Assembly: GCA_963748625.1 (NCBI GenBank) | Contig: CAVVJT010000004.1 | Location: 384,001-448,000, forward strand | Origin: an uncultured Chloroflexia bacterium | GTDB lineage: Bacteria; Chloroflexota; Limnocylindria; Limnocylindrales; CSP1-4 | Direction: 5' to 3' | Length of the DNA stretch: 64,000 nt | In this document: one piece after another, positions 18,971 to 28,144 of the stretch | How the letters are laid out: the number at the start of each line of letters is the position of its first letter | Numbering within the stretch: the first letter of the stretch is position 1 | The notes under the pieces: generated by a model | What the model saw: only the letters and a program-made list of their open reading frames with translations | Databases searched by the model: none | Told to the model about the DNA's origin: nothing | Made by a program: the position numbers and the translations under genes

Positions 18971-20396
18971 CTAGTAGAGCGCGGTGTCCGGCCCGACGTT
19001 CTCGAGCCAGGCCTTGATGTCGCGCAGCAGCGCGGCACCGCCGGCGCCGTCGTTGGCGCGGTGGTCGAGTCCCAGGACCATGTTCATGACGGGCCGGATG
19101 GCGATGACGTCGCCGTCCTCTCCGGACACCACGACCGCGCGCTTGGTGATGGCCTCCATGGTGACGATGCCCACCTCGGGCACGTTCAGGATCGGCATCA
19201 CGAGGTTCGTGCCGAGGTACCCCGTGTTGTCCACGGTGAAGGTGCCGCCGCCGAAGTCGTCCAGCTTGAGCCGGCCCTGGCGGGCACGGTTGGCGACGTC
19301 CGCGATGGCCACGTTGAGGCCGTGGATGGACAGCATGTCCGCATCGCGGATCACGGGCACGATCAGGCCCTCGTCCACCGCGACCGCCACACCGATGTTG
19401 ATCCGGCGCTTCGCGAGCAGTCCCTGGTCGGTCCAGTGGGCGTTGAACGTGGGATTGCGCTTGAGCGCATCGGCCGCGGCCTTGACCACGAACGGGACGA
19501 ACGAGAGCCCGATCCCCTCCTTGGCCTTGTAGGCGTTCTTGTTCGCCTCGCGGAAGCGGACGAGCCGGCTCGCGTCGATCTCCATCTGCACGTAGGCGTG
19601 CGGTGCCTGGAGGGCGCGCGTCATCTGGGCGGCGATGCCCTTGCGCATCTGGGTCATCGGGACGAGGACCTCGTCCACGCCGGCCGGGAAGCTGATGGCA
19701 CCGCTCGTCGCGGGGGCAGGCGCCGAGGCGGCGCGAGCCGCTCCGGGGGCCGGTGCAGCAACGGGGGCCGGAGCGCTGACTGAGGCCGGCGTGGCGGGCG
19801 CGGACGGGACGGCGGCGCCGGTGCGGAGGGCCTCGACCGTGGCGAGGACATCCTCACGGGTGATGCGGCCGCCACCGCCGGTGCCCTTCACCTGGGCTGC
19901 GCTCGAGATCGTGCTCGCGGAGCAGGCGGCGCACGGCCGGGGTCATGCGGGCGTTCGGGTCGTGGTCGGCCGGGACGGCGACCGGCGCCGGCGCGGCGGA
20001 GGCCACAGGGGCCGGTGCGGGCGGGGCGGACGCGATGGGGCCGGATTCGGCGCTCGAGGCGACCGGGCGCTCGTCGGAGCCGGCCGGACCATGGGCGACG
20101 GCTCGGCGGGCGCAGCCGGCGGAGGCGGCGGGAGCCCCGGCACTGCCGGATGCAGCATCCTCGTCCGTCTCGATGACCGCGATCTCGGTGTTGTTCGGGA
20201 CGACTGCGCCCTCCTCGAACAGGATCTCGCGCAGGATGCCCGCGTACGGTGAGGGCACCTCGGCGTTCACCTTGTCCGTGATCACCTCGAGGAGGGGCTC
20301 GTACTTGGCGACCGCGTCGCCGGGCTGCTTGAGCCAGCGTCCGATCGTCCCCTCCGCGACGCTCTCGCCGAGCTGGGGCATCGTCACCTTGGCCAC
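18971..20396 (-). CDS. Dihydrolipoamide acyltransferase E2 of 2-oxoacid dehydrogenase (apparent frameshift near 19905)
   Basis: GTG 20396 after GGAGGAG. Lipoyl domain MPQLGESV...ITDKVNAEVPSP and E3-binding TPAVRRLLREH in one frame; GTGGGGRITRED and catalytic DHRANDG in the next frame. Confidence 0.9.
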
Positions 20397-20565
20397 TGGG
20401 TCGTCTCCTCCGGAGGGGGCGCTGAACGGGCGAGTCAAGGCCCCTAGTGTTGCGCATGTCGCGACAGCGCGCCTCCCAGGCTGGTCGTGCGCACAGTCGG
20501 CCAACGTTCACTGGTACGCCATGATTGCCGGTCGCGCCGCCGGGCCAGGGCCGCCCATGGACTCC

Positions 20566-21183
20566 TCACGGCACGGCGCGCGCGAGCTGCGGGTAGTCGA
20601 CGATGAGGCCCTCCTCATCGAACAGCAGCTCGCATGCCAGGTCGCTGTCGAGCGACCGGTACTGAATGCGTCGTCGGCCCCATCGGTCGCGGCCCAGGGC
20701 TGTGTACCGCTGGGCGGAGGCGCGGACGGCGAGGTCCGGGACCGACACCCACGCCATCACGAAGTCGACCGAACCGTCCTGACGCAGGAGGTCGTGACGG
20801 AGTACCGGCATCGTGTTCGTCATTGGACTGCGCCCGAGATCACAGTCCAATGCCATGGCGAACGCCGACGGGTCGCCTCCGGGCGGACCGAGATCAGTCC
20901 GTCCATTCGTCGTCGTGCCGATCGTCCATCTGCCGGCTGGAGATCGCCGCAGGTCAAGCGTCCGCCGCCAACCGTCGCCATCGACCGACAGCAGAAGGCT
21001 GCTTGTGACCCATCCAGGGCCGGTTTCGAGGTCCCCATCAAGTCGGTACGGCACCGGATCCCAGCCGATCGCGACGAACTGGGCTGCCAATCGATCGGCC
21101 TCCAGCGTCACGTTCACCAGCTCCGCGCCGAGACCGTCCACCTTGTCCCAGACGACCAGCCGGTGGCGCTGATGGCCGTTCAT
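20566..21183 (-). CDS. Putative glycolipid-binding domain protein
   Basis: DCDLGRSPMTNTMPV, WVSVPDL...QRYT, FDEEGLIVDYP motifs. ATG 21183 overlaps the TMEM175 stop. Confidence 0.8.
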   Translation of the reverse strand: MNGHQRHRLVVWDKVDGLGAELVNVTLEADRLAAQFVAIGWDPVPYRLDGDLETGPGWVTSSLLLSVDGDGWRRTLDLRRSPAGRWTIGTTTNGRTDLGPPGGDPSAFAMALDCDLGRSPMTNTMPVLRHDLLRQDGSVDFVMAWVSVPDLAVRASAQRYTALGRDRWGRRRIQYRSLDSDLACELLFDEEGLIVDYPQLARAVP

Positions 21184-21872
21184 CGCCTCTCCCGCGAGGG
21201 TTCGCCCATTGCATGCCTCCCGAGGAACCACTGGACCGGCAGGATCAGCAGCCAGACAAGCTCGACGATGTACGTGCTCGCGATCGGCAGGAGGAGCAGC
21301 GAGGTGAGCATGACGATTGGCGCAGCGAGTCCGCGCATTGCTCCCGACCGCACCACATCTCGCGGCGTCTCAGGCGCTACGAGCTCCGCCCTGAGCGCAT
21401 AGACCCAGCAAAGGAAGCCCGCGAGTCCAGCGGCCGAGAGTGTCCCTGCGTAGATCACTACCGCGATCGGCAGGTCTCCGTGCTCCCCGATCAGTGCAGT
21501 GGGAAACGGGATCAGTGCGATGAATGCCAGGAACAGCAGGTTGAGGTAGGCAAGGCGCGCGTTCGCTCGCCCGATGAGCCTGAACCGGCGCAGGTGCGCC
21601 ATCCAGTAGAACGCGATGATCGTGAAGCTGAGGGCATACGCGAAGACTCGAGGGGCAAGGTCGGCGATCGCGGTCGAGATCTCGACTCCACCGGTGGACG
21701 CTGGGAGATCCGGCAGGCGCAGGTCGATGACGAGGAGGGTCAGGGCAATCGCAAACACCCCGTCGGAGAGGAAGATGACGCGTTCGACCCCAAGATCTCC
21801 TTGGTTCGTGCCCTCGTCTGGTTGGTGATTGTCGGACCGCAATCCCAATGTTCGTGTCATCAGGTGGCTCAC
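21180..21872 (-). CDS. TMEM175 family (DUF1211) potassium channel-like protein
   Basis: ERVIFLSDGVFAIALTLLV signature, YWMAH, NLLFLAFIALIPFPT. Confidence 0.9.
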   Translation of the reverse strand: MSHLMTRTLGLRSDNHQPDEGTNQGDLGVERVIFLSDGVFAIALTLLVIDLRLPDLPASTGGVEISTAIADLAPRVFAYALSFTIIAFYWMAHLRRFRLIGRANARLAYLNLLFLAFIALIPFPTALIGEHGDLPIAVVIYAGTLSAAGLAGFLCWVYALRAELVAPETPRDVVRSGAMRGLAAPIVMLTSLLLLPIASTYIVELVWLLILPVQWFLGRHAMGEPSRERR

Positions 21873-21917
21873 GCATCCTCGCGGCCAAGCTCGCCCCAGG
21901 TTCGTCGAGCGGCGAGA

Positions 21918-22172
21918 TCAGTGGCGGTCTCGATGACGGCGGCGAGACTCGTGGCCAGTCCAGCCGCGCGCAAGCGCCGCGACTCCGACCACGATCACCA
22001 AGACCGGCCAGGACTGATCCCAGGAGATGTCGGGGAGGGTCACGCCGAACGTGGTCCGCAGAAGGAAGTAGCCGCCGCCGACGATCAACACAACTGCAAG
22101 GAGGAGGCCGCCCAGGTCGCGGAACTGTCGGTCTCCGTCCAGCTCAGCTCCTGTGTGATCAGCAGGCATCAT
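21918..22172 (-). CDS. Small two-TM membrane protein (LiaF/DUF5668-like)
   Basis: GLLLAVVLIVGGGYFLL...ISWDQSWPVLVIVVGV. Start position uncertain. Confidence 0.55.
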   Translation of the reverse strand: MMPADHTGAELDGDRQFRDLGGLLLAVVLIVGGGYFLLRTTFGVTLPDISWDQSWPVLVIVVGVAALARGWTGHESRRRHRDRH

Positions 22173-22216
22173 CTCGGGCCCTCGGTCGACGTGGGTGGCG
22201 AGTCGCCATGTACACG

Positions 22217-22243
22217 AAGATACACATCTTGGCAAGTGCCAAG
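22217..22243. promoter_or_regulatory. Overlapping palindromes in divergent promoter region (operator candidate)
   Basis: AAGAT-acac-ATCTT (22217-22230) and CTTGGCA-ag-TGCCAAG (22228-22243) in an AT-richer gap. Confidence 0.4.
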
Positions 22244-22314
22244 TGGAGGCTTATCGTAGTGCAACAGGGCTATTCAGACAGAAGTAGCCGGTCCGAACTA
22301 GCGGAGTGTGTGCC

Positions 22315-23106
22315 ATGAACTCGGCTCGGGCCGCGGTGGCGCTTGAAGGCCACCCGGTCAGATCATCGGTCGCCTTGGCAATGACCTGGACCATCGTCTC
22401 GGTTGCCGTGTTCCTGCTGGTCGGCCGGGTAGCGCCCGGCGTCGATCCGCAGGTGGCGGCCCTGGTGGGCCTGGTCGTCATCACCATCCTCGTGCTCGGG
22501 GGTATCGGCTGGCTCGGCTGGTGGCACGAGGTCGGCTTCACCCCCATCTCCGAATGGCGAAACCTGCGCCTGTTGGTGCTGCCGGCCGGTATTGCAGTCG
22601 TACCCCTGCTCGCTGGGGTCGACCCCATCGCAGCCTCGACTCTCCTCTTCCTGGTCGTGGGCTATTCGCTGACTGGTCTGGCCGAGGAAGCATTCGCTCG
22701 AGGACTCTTGATCCGGACCCTCCAGCCATCCGGAGTCCTTCGCGCGGTCTTTGTCTCCTCACTCCTGTTTGCGCTGCTGCACCTGGGCAACCTCGTCATC
22801 CGGGGCGGCAGCCCGGCCATCAGCATCGCGCAGGCTGTTGGGGCGTTCTCGTTCGGCGTTGGGTTTGCGGCACTGCGGATCCGCACCTGGACCATCTGGC
22901 CGCTCGTCGCACTGCACATGGTTCACGACCTCGTGCTCAACACGATGTCGCTGCCATTGATCCCAGTGGCTGTCGCGCAGGATGTTGCCCTGCTCGTCAT
23001 CGGCCTGTATCTGATCCGGGAGCCGCTGCTCCAACGACGGTCGCGAGATGTGATCGCAGGCAGCCCCGAGATTGCGGGCTACTCGTCCGACACCGTCGGG
23101 CGGTAG
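22315..23106 (+). CDS. CPBP (CAAX/Abi) family intramembrane metalloprotease
   Basis: LAEEAFARG, FALLH, HMVHD motifs and multiple TM helices. Confidence 0.9.
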   Translation: MNSARAAVALEGHPVRSSVALAMTWTIVSVAVFLLVGRVAPGVDPQVAALVGLVVITILVLGGIGWLGWWHEVGFTPISEWRNLRLLVLPAGIAVVPLLAGVDPIAASTLLFLVVGYSLTGLAEEAFARGLLIRTLQPSGVLRAVFVSSLLFALLHLGNLVIRGGSPAISIAQAVGAFSFGVGFAALRIRTWTIWPLVALHMVHDLVLNTMSLPLIPVAVAQDVALLVIGLYLIREPLLQRRSRDVIAGSPEIAGYSSDTVGR

Positions 23107-23312
23107 GCGGACGACTCGGGTCTGTCCACGAGAACGCCCCCTCCGACCCGTGACCTCGCCGAGCGCGCGTAGGCGATAGGGTCTCTTCCTCGAGCTCGCC
23201 GGAATCGTGCCCGTCGTCGACTACTGGGCTGTCACGCGGCAAGGGGTTTCAAACGGTGGCTGGTCGCCACTGGCGCCCCAGCGACCCTAAGCATGACGGC
23301 GGCCGGGACGCT

Positions 23313-23792
23313 CTACGTTGCCGGTGCGGGGGCCTCGGCCGGTGCAGAGGGCTCCACGGCGGGCTCTGTGGATTCAGCCTCGTCATGGGCCTTGGCGTGA
23401 GCGTCGGCCTTGGCCTCGCCGTCGACCGGTGCCTCGTCCTCGCCTTCGGCCATGTAGATCTCGTAGGCGCGCGCCAGCAGGGCCTCGACCTCGGCCGCCA
23501 TCGTCTCGTCCAGCTCCTTGAAGTGGAACGTCGCCTTGCCGGACTGCCGCTTCGCGAGCGCCGGCGACATCGAGCGCCGCAGCTCCGCCGACGTGTAGAT
23601 CGGCAGCAGGTAGAGCGAGACGAACTTGGTCTCGGGCTTGATGAAGGCGAACCACTCCTGGGCGCCGGCGCCCGGCTTGCGCAGGCACGGGATCCCGTAG
23701 ATGGTCGCCTGCTCCAGCTTGTCCGCGTACGGGACGAGCAGCTGGCGAAGCCGGAGCTCGGTGTTGAACAGCTCCTTGGCGGCGCTGGCCAT
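23313..23792 (-). CDS. DUF1801-like domain protein
   Basis: ATG 23792 overlapping the E1-beta stop. [19 protein letters not shown]...[11 protein letters not shown], with an acidic Ala/Pro tail. Confidence 0.7.
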   Translation of the reverse strand: MASAAKELFNTELRLRQLLVPYADKLEQATIYGIPCLRKPGAGAQEWFAFIKPETKFVSLYLLPIYTSAELRRSMSPALAKRQSGKATFHFKELDETMAAEVEALLARAYEIYMAEGEDEAPVDGEAKADAHAKAHDEAESTEPAVEPSAPAEAPAPAT

Positions 23793-24776
23793 CAGTAGGC
23801 CGCGAGCTTGCGGATCGCGTCGGCGATGCGGGCGGGGTTGACCATGAACCAGTCCTCGAGCACGTGGTTGTAGGGAGCGGCGGGCACGTCGGGTCCAGCA
23901 AGGCGGGTGACGGGGCCATCGAGATAGTCGAACGCGTCCTCGGCCACGATCGCGGCGATCTCCGCGCCGTAGCCGCCGAAGCGGTTGTCCTCGTAGACGA
24001 TGAGGCACTTGCCGGTCTTGCGGACCGAGCCCAGGAGCGTCTCGCGGTCCAGCGGGCGCAAGGTCCGGATGTCGATCACCTCGACGTCGATCCCCTCGCC
24101 CGCCACGCGCTCCGCCGCCTCGAGCGCGTAGAGCACCATGAGGCCGTAGGCGACGACGGTCACCTGGCGCCCGGCCCGGCGGATGGACGCGGACCCCAGC
24201 GGCACCGTGTACTCCGTGTCCGGCACCTCGCCGCGCACCGAGCGGTACATCTTCTTGTGCTCGAAGTAGAGGACCGGGTCGTCGTCGCGGATCGCGGAGC
24301 GCAGGAGGCCCTTCGCGTCGTACGGGGTGGACGGGATGACGACCTTGAGGCCTGGGCACGTGCGTGAAGAACGCCTCGACCGACTGGGAGTGGTACAGCG
24401 CGCCGTGGACGCCGCCGCCGTACGGGGCGCGGATCACCATCGGGACCGTGAAGCCGCCGTTGGAGCGGTAGCGCATGCGCGCCGCCTCGGAGACGATCTG
24501 GTTGAACGCCGGGTGGATGAAGTCGGCGAACTGGATCTCCGCGATCGGGCGCAGGCCGTTGATCGCGGCGCCGATCGACGCGCCGACGATCATCGACTCC
24601 GTCAGTGGGGTGTCGATCACACGGTCGTCCCCGAACTCGGCCCACAGGCCGTCGGTGGCCAGGAACACGCCACCCTTCTTGCCGACGTCCTCGCCCAGGA
24701 CGATGACGCTCCCGTCCCGGCGCATCTCGCCTGCCATGCCATCCCGGATGGCCTCGATGAAGGTGCGGATGGCCAT
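23792..24776 (-). CDS. 2-oxoacid dehydrogenase E1 beta subunit (apparent frameshift near 24355)
   Basis: [33 protein letters not shown], then a shift to [11 protein letters not shown]...AFDYLDGP. Confidence 0.9.
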
Positions 24777-25877
24777 CAGCGGTGGCCCCCGTCCTGGCCT
24801 GGAGGCGCGCCGGTTCCCGCGCCCGCTGGCCCCGCCGGGTGCCACGGCGGCGGTGTCTCGCCCGGCCAAGCCTCGGCATACACGTGGTCGATGGCGGTGA
24901 ACGGGTCCGGGTCGGGCTCGGCCTCGGCGTGGTCGGTGGCGTCGTCCACGAGCGTCCGGATCTCCGCGTCGAGCGCCTCCTCAACCTCCGGCGTCAGCAC
25001 GCCGACGTCCCGCAACTGGTCGCGGAAGATCGGCAGCGGGTCGTGGGCGCGACCCTCGGCCAGGTCGTCCTCGGAGCGGTACTTCGTCTGCTGGTCGTCC
25101 GAGGAGTGCGCGGTCAGCCGGGTGACCTTGGCCTCGATCAGTGTCGGTCCGCCGCCCGAGCGCGCCCACGCGATCGCGTCGCGCGACGCCGTGTAGCAGG
25201 CGAGCACATCGGTGCCGTCCACGACCACGCCCGGGATCCCGTAGCCCGCAGCCCGCGTCGCCACGTCCTTGACGCTCAGCTCCTTCTCGGCCGGGACACT
25301 GATCGCATAGCCGTTGTTCTCCACCTGGAAGACGAACGGCAGCTTGTGGATGGCGGCGAAGTTGAGCGCCTCGTGGACATCGCCCTGGTTGGAGCTCCCC
25401 TCCCCCATGATCGCGACGGCCACCTGGTCGGTGCCGCGGATCTTCGACGCGAGCGCGATGCCCACCGCGTGCAGGATCTGGGTGGCCACCGGCGACGAGA
25501 CTGACACGATGTTGTACGCGGGCCCGCCGTAGTGACCGGGCATCTGGCGCCCGGCGGAACCCGCATCGGACGCCTTCGCGTACTGGGCGAGCATGAGGTC
25601 GCGGGGTGTCATGCCCATAGCGAGGCAGGTGGCGATGGACCGGTAGAACGGGGCGACCCAGTCGTGCCTGCGACGCAGCGGCCACGCGAGACCCACTTGG
25701 GCGCCCTCGTGGCCCTGGCCGCTGATGACGAACGGGATCCGGCCCGCGCGGTTGAGGATCCACATCCGCTCGTCGACCGCGCGCGCCAGCGCGACGCGTG
25801 CGGAACATGGCGACGAGGTCGGCATCGGCCAGCCCGACCGAGGCTGCGAGCTCGGAGACGGGGCCGCCGTCCGGCAT
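24776..25877 (-). CDS. 2-oxoacid (branched-chain-type) dehydrogenase E1 alpha subunit (apparent frameshift near 25797)
   Basis: [28 protein letters not shown] motif GEGSSNQG...[13 protein letters not shown]. Confidence 0.9.
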
Positions 25878-25898
25878 TCGGAACCTCGCGCTAGCGGA

Positions 25899-27341
25899 CT
25901 AGAAGTTGATCGCCCGTCCGTCAATCGCCATCGCGGTCTCGCCGATGATCTCCGACAGCGTCGGGTGCGCGTGCGTGGTGGCGCCGATCTCCCACGGCGT
26001 CGCCTCGAGCACCAGGGCGAGGCTCGCCTCCGCAATCAGGTCGGTCGCGTGCGGGCCGATGATGTGGATGCCGAGGGTCTCGTCGGTGTCCTTGTGGGCG
26101 ATGATCTTGGTGAAGCCCTCGTACTCCCCGCCGATGATCGCCTTGCCGACGGCCTGGAACGGGACCTTGCCGATCTTGACGGGCAGGCCCTGCTCCTCGC
26201 ACGCCTGCTCGGTCAGGCCGACGGACGCGATCTCGGGACGGCAGTACGTCGCCTTGGGCTGCTTCACGTAGTCCATGCCGTGGACGTCCGCATCGCCGAT
26301 GATCGTGTGGGCCGCGATGATCCCCTCGTGGGCCGCCGTGTGCGCGAGCATCAGGCCGCCGACGATGTCGCCGATCGCGTAGAGATGCGGCTCCTTCGTG
26401 CGCATGTGGTCGTCGACCTTGACGATGCCGCGGTCCACCTCGGCCGCCGTGGTCTCCAGGCCGACGTCCTCCACGTTGGTGGCGCGCCCGGCAGCGACGA
26501 GCAGCAGCTCGGCCTGGATCTCGGCGCGGTCCTTGCCGTCCGGGCCGACCGTGAGCCTGATGCCGTTGTCATCGGCGACCACGGTCGCCGCGTCGAAACG
26601 GGCATTGGTCATGACCTTGATGCCGCGCCGGGTGAAGGAGCGCTCGAGCTCCTTGCTCACCTCGCGGTCCTCCAGCGGCACGATGGCCGGCAGGTACTCG
26701 AGCAGGGTCACCGTGGCGCCCAGGTCGTGGTACATCGAGGCGAACTCGACGCCGACGGCGCCCGCGCCGATCACGATGATGCTCGACGGCATCGCCGTGG
26801 AGCGGAGGATGTCGTCCGATGTGACGATGCGGACGCCATCGGGGACGATGCCCGGGAGCGACTTCACGCGCGAGCCGGTCGCCAGGATCACGTCGGTCGC
26901 GTTGAGCAGGCGCTCGCCGCCCGCACCCGGGGTGCCGTCCTCGCCCGCAAGCTGCACGCGGACCTTCGTGGCGCCGTCGAGGCGGCCGCGGCCGTTGATC
27001 CAGGTCACGTTGTTCTTCTTGACCAGGGACCCGAGGCCCTTCCACATGCGGTTCACGACCATGTCGCGCCGCTGGCCGATCTTCGCGAAGTCCACCGTGG
27101 TGGGCCCGGTGATCCCGATCCCGAAGTCGGCGGCCTTGTGGATGCGCTCGTTGAGCGCCGCGGACTCGAGCATCGCCTTGGTGGGGATGCAGCCGCGGTG
27201 GAGGCAGGTGCCCCCGATCTTGTCCTCGTCCACCAGGGCCACCTTGAGGCCCAGCTGGGCACCGCGGAAGGCCGCGGCATAGCCGCCAGTTCCGGCGCCG
27301 AGGACGATAAGGTCGAAGTCGTTGGAGGAGCCGACGGCCAT
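25899..27341 (-). CDS. lpdA: Dihydrolipoyl dehydrogenase E3
   Basis: GAGTGG, GGTCLHRGCIPTK, GAGAVGVE, HAHPTLSE. Start at ATG 27341. Confidence 0.96.
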   Translation of the reverse strand: MAVGSSNDFDLIVLGAGTGGYAAAFRGAQLGLKVALVDEDKIGGTCLHRGCIPTKAMLESAALNERIHKAADFGIGITGPTTVDFAKIGQRRDMVVNRMWKGLGSLVKKNNVTWINGRGRLDGATKVRVQLAGEDGTPGAGGERLLNATDVILATGSRVKSLPGIVPDGVRIVTSDDILRSTAMPSSIIVIGAGAVGVEFASMYHDLGATVTLLEYLPAIVPLEDREVSKELERSFTRRGIKVMTNARFDAATVVADDNGIRLTVGPDGKDRAEIQAELLLVAAGRATNVEDVGLETTAAEVDRGIVKVDDHMRTKEPHLYAIGDIVGGLMLAHTAAHEGIIAAHTIIGDADVHGMDYVKQPKATYCRPEIASVGLTEQACEEQGLPVKIGKVPFQAVGKAIIGGEYEGFTKIIAHKDTDETLGIHIIGPHATDLIAEASLALVLEATPWEIGATTHAHPTLSEIIGETAMAIDGRAINF

Positions 27342-27492
27342 CGCTGGGGTGATCTCCGCTGGTGTCACAAGCCGGACGCCGGGGATGATCCGGGGCGCCG
27401 CATGGGGTGGTCGAGCATCGGGGACGATGCTACACCGCCCCAGCGTTGCCGACGCCCCGGCGCAATGGTCGACCGACCACCGCCGGGAATCG

Positions 27493-27520
27493 AAAACCGG
27501 GCCGCGTGACCGCGGCCCGG
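27493..27520 (-). terminator. Probable intrinsic terminator downstream of zinc-ribbon gene
   Basis: Perfect 10-bp stem CCGGGCCGCG-tgac-CGCGGCCCGG followed on the minus strand by TTTT. Confidence 0.7.
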
Positions 27521-27543
27521 CGTTCTCAGGACTGGCGCTGGGA

Positions 27544-27942
27544 TCAGCCGCCGCGCTGGGTGCGGAAGCAGTCCGAGCAGTAGACCGGCTTGCCGTTGGT
27601 CGGGCGGAAGGGGACCTTGGCCTCCTTGCCGCAGGACGAGCATGTCGCCGCGAACATCTCGCGAGGGCCGCTCGAGCGGGAGCCGTAGCCGCCCCCGCCA
27701 CCACTGTACCCGCCGGCGGAATAGCCGCCGGCGTCACCGTACCCGGAGTCGTAACCGCCGCTCGAGTACGAGCCGCTGCTGTATCCACCGCTGTCGCTGT
27801 TCCGGGCGGCCTTGCGGCTGGCACGGCACGACGGGCAGCGTCGGGGCTCCGAGAATCCCTTCTCGGCGTAGAAGGCCTGCTCGCGCTCGGTGTAGGCGAA
27901 TTCCATCCCGCAGTCGGAACAGGTCAGGGTCTTGTCGGCCAC
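27544..27942 (-). CDS. Zinc-ribbon / CxxC-x17-CxxC domain protein with Gly/Tyr/Ser-rich linker
   Basis: GTG 27942 after GGAGGAG. DKTLTCSDCG...EQAFYAEKGF...PRRCPSCR and ATCSSCG...VPFRP...PVYCSDCF. Confidence 0.9.
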   Translation of the reverse strand: MADKTLTCSDCGMEFAYTEREQAFYAEKGFSEPRRCPSCRASRKAARNSDSGGYSSGSYSSGGYDSGYGDAGGYSAGGYSGGGGGYGSRSSGPREMFAATCSSCGKEAKVPFRPTNGKPVYCSDCFRTQRGG

Positions 27943-28144
27943 GTGCCGATCTCCTCCAGTTGTCGCCGCCTCTTGCCCGGGTCCTCGAGTTGCTGGTGCT
28001 GGCCGGAGGAGACCGTGTGTCGAACGTGCGAACGAGAAATGAGCAGCGCGGGGCGTCCGCGCATCGCGCAGTCTACGACCTGATCGCAACCGTGGCGATA
28101 CCAATTTCGCAAGGCTCGGGATCGGGCCGGAGCGGGAGGGCCGC

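Noticed and set aside
23313-24869. Apparent E1-beta/DUF1801 fusion (518-aa ORF)
   Set aside because: Artefact of the frameshift near 24355. The E1-beta C-terminus is in ORF 23792..24250.
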